64,000 bases of DNA, taken from contig CAXXMV010000002.1 in NCBI GenBank assembly GCA_963662285.2, positions 608,001-672,000 on the forward strand, written 5' to 3'. This document shows positions 63,117 to 64,000 of this stretch, piece after piece; the first letter of the stretch is position 1, and each line of letters starts with the position of its first letter. The DNA comes from a bacterium. Its GTDB lineage: Bacteria; Hinthialibacterota; Hinthialibacteria; Hinthialibacterales; Hinthialibacteraceae. The notes beneath the pieces were generated by a model. It ran no database searches, was not told where the DNA came from, and worked only from the letters and a program-made list of their open reading frames with translations. Both the position numbers and the translations under genes were made by a program.

Positions 63117-64000
63117 ATGCACCAACCGACATCTAATATCATTTTACTAATAATTACGCTACTTATGGCCAGCTGTGGGGGATCTGAACATTCGGGTATT
63201 TCTTCGCGTCCCGATATCCCCTCCCGGCGCGGCGAAACAACTCCATCCGGCATCAAACTGGGCGGCATTTTCCGTATGAACGAATCGGGCACTCCACGCA
63301 GTTTTGATCCGGTGCGAATCGATGAGAGCGCCGGTCATCACATCGCCGACCAGATGTATGATGGGCTGTTCAAGTTTGATGATAAACTTGATTTAATACC
63401 AGGCGTTGCAAAGAGTCATGAAGTTTCAGAAGATGGTAAAACCTATACTCTATTTCTACAAAAAGGCATCCGGTTCCATGACGATGCCTGTTTTCCTAAT
63501 GGCAAAGGTCGCGAAGTCAAAGCCTCCGATGTAGAGTATTGTCTGACCCGCGTTTTGACTCCCACCAGTAAATCAACCGGCGCTTGGATTTTTGAGGATA
63601 TCGTAGTCGGCGCCAAAGATTTTATGAGTGGTAAAGCCGATAAAGTTGCCGGATTCAAAATAGTTGACGATGATACATTTCAAGTAGAATTAAACAAACC
63701 ATTTCTGAGATTCCCGTTCCGCCTGGCTATGGCTTTCTGTTATATCCATCCTCATGAAGCGCTGGAATACTACAAAGATGATTTCTTCCAAAATCCGGTT
63801 GGTACGGGACCATTTCAATTCGTGCATTGGAAGCCTAATCAGGAAATCCTGATGAAGCGCAACCCCCATTACTGGATGAAGGATAAAGACGGCGTTCAAT
63901 TGCCCTATCTGGATGGCGTAAGTTGCAACCGAATCAACGACTTTAAAATTTCCTTCCTTGAATTTGATCTCGGCAACCTTGAACTGGTGCAGCAGATTCA
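63117..64000 (+). CDS. ABC transporter peptide/nickel-type substrate-binding lipoprotein (OppA/DppA family), 3' end outside window
   Basis: Not in the ORF track because no stop is reached: MHQPTSNIILLIITLLMAS-C lipobox, SFDP, MYDGL, SEDGKTYT..L..GIRFHD and PVGTGPF. Confidence 0.9.
   Translation, partial: MHQPTSNIILLIITLLMASCGGSEHSGISSRPDIPSRRGETTPSGIKLGGIFRMNESGTPRSFDPVRIDESAGHHIADQMYDGLFKFDDKLDLIPGVAKSHEVSEDGKTYTLFLQKGIRFHDDACFPNGKGREVKASDVEYCLTRVLTPTSKSTGAWIFEDIVVGAKDFMSGKADKVAGFKIVDDDTFQVELNKPFLRFPFRLAMAFCYIHPHEALEYYKDDFFQNPVGTGPFQFVHWKPNQEILMKRNPHYWMKDKDGVQLPYLDGVSCNRINDFKISFLEFDLGNLELVQQI

Overview
Bacterial chromosomal window with no rRNA, tRNA, CRISPR array, transposase or integrase that I can see. 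The long prepilin-like protein and the secreted proteins ending in short S-x-V-x-x-W tails resemble those I recall from Sumerlaeota/Hinthialibacterota(OLB16)-type genomes; this is inference, not a database result. Core content: AbiE-type toxin-antitoxin pair, prepilin-like gene, GH16, a complete F1Fo ATP synthase operon, icd-mdh, P-II, nadK/tlyA, several glycosyltransferases, an atypical enhancer-binding protein, a fliC-flaG-fliD-fliS cluster, an MCP, a 5'-nucleotidase, GH116, a sugar isomerase, pilC/gspF, an XPB helicase with partner gene and a partial OppA-like lipoprotein. The most unusual parts are: (1) two AT-rich patches (about 22.3-25.3 kb and 29.3-35.2 kb) of secreted proteins with near-identical gene ends, divergent middles, REP-like hairpins, truncation scars and a shared short C-terminal motif that may be a sorting signal; (2) an operon encoding an ATP-grasp ligase fused to a degenerate M20 peptidase, a cytoplasmic gamma-glutamyltransferase and an N-formylglutamate amidohydrolase-family enzyme; (3) a STAS protein paired with an MBL-hydrolase/kinase-like fusion; (4) a roughly 370-nt structured flagellin leader with CsrA-type sites; (5) a 22-bp direct repeat bracketing the pilin gene.
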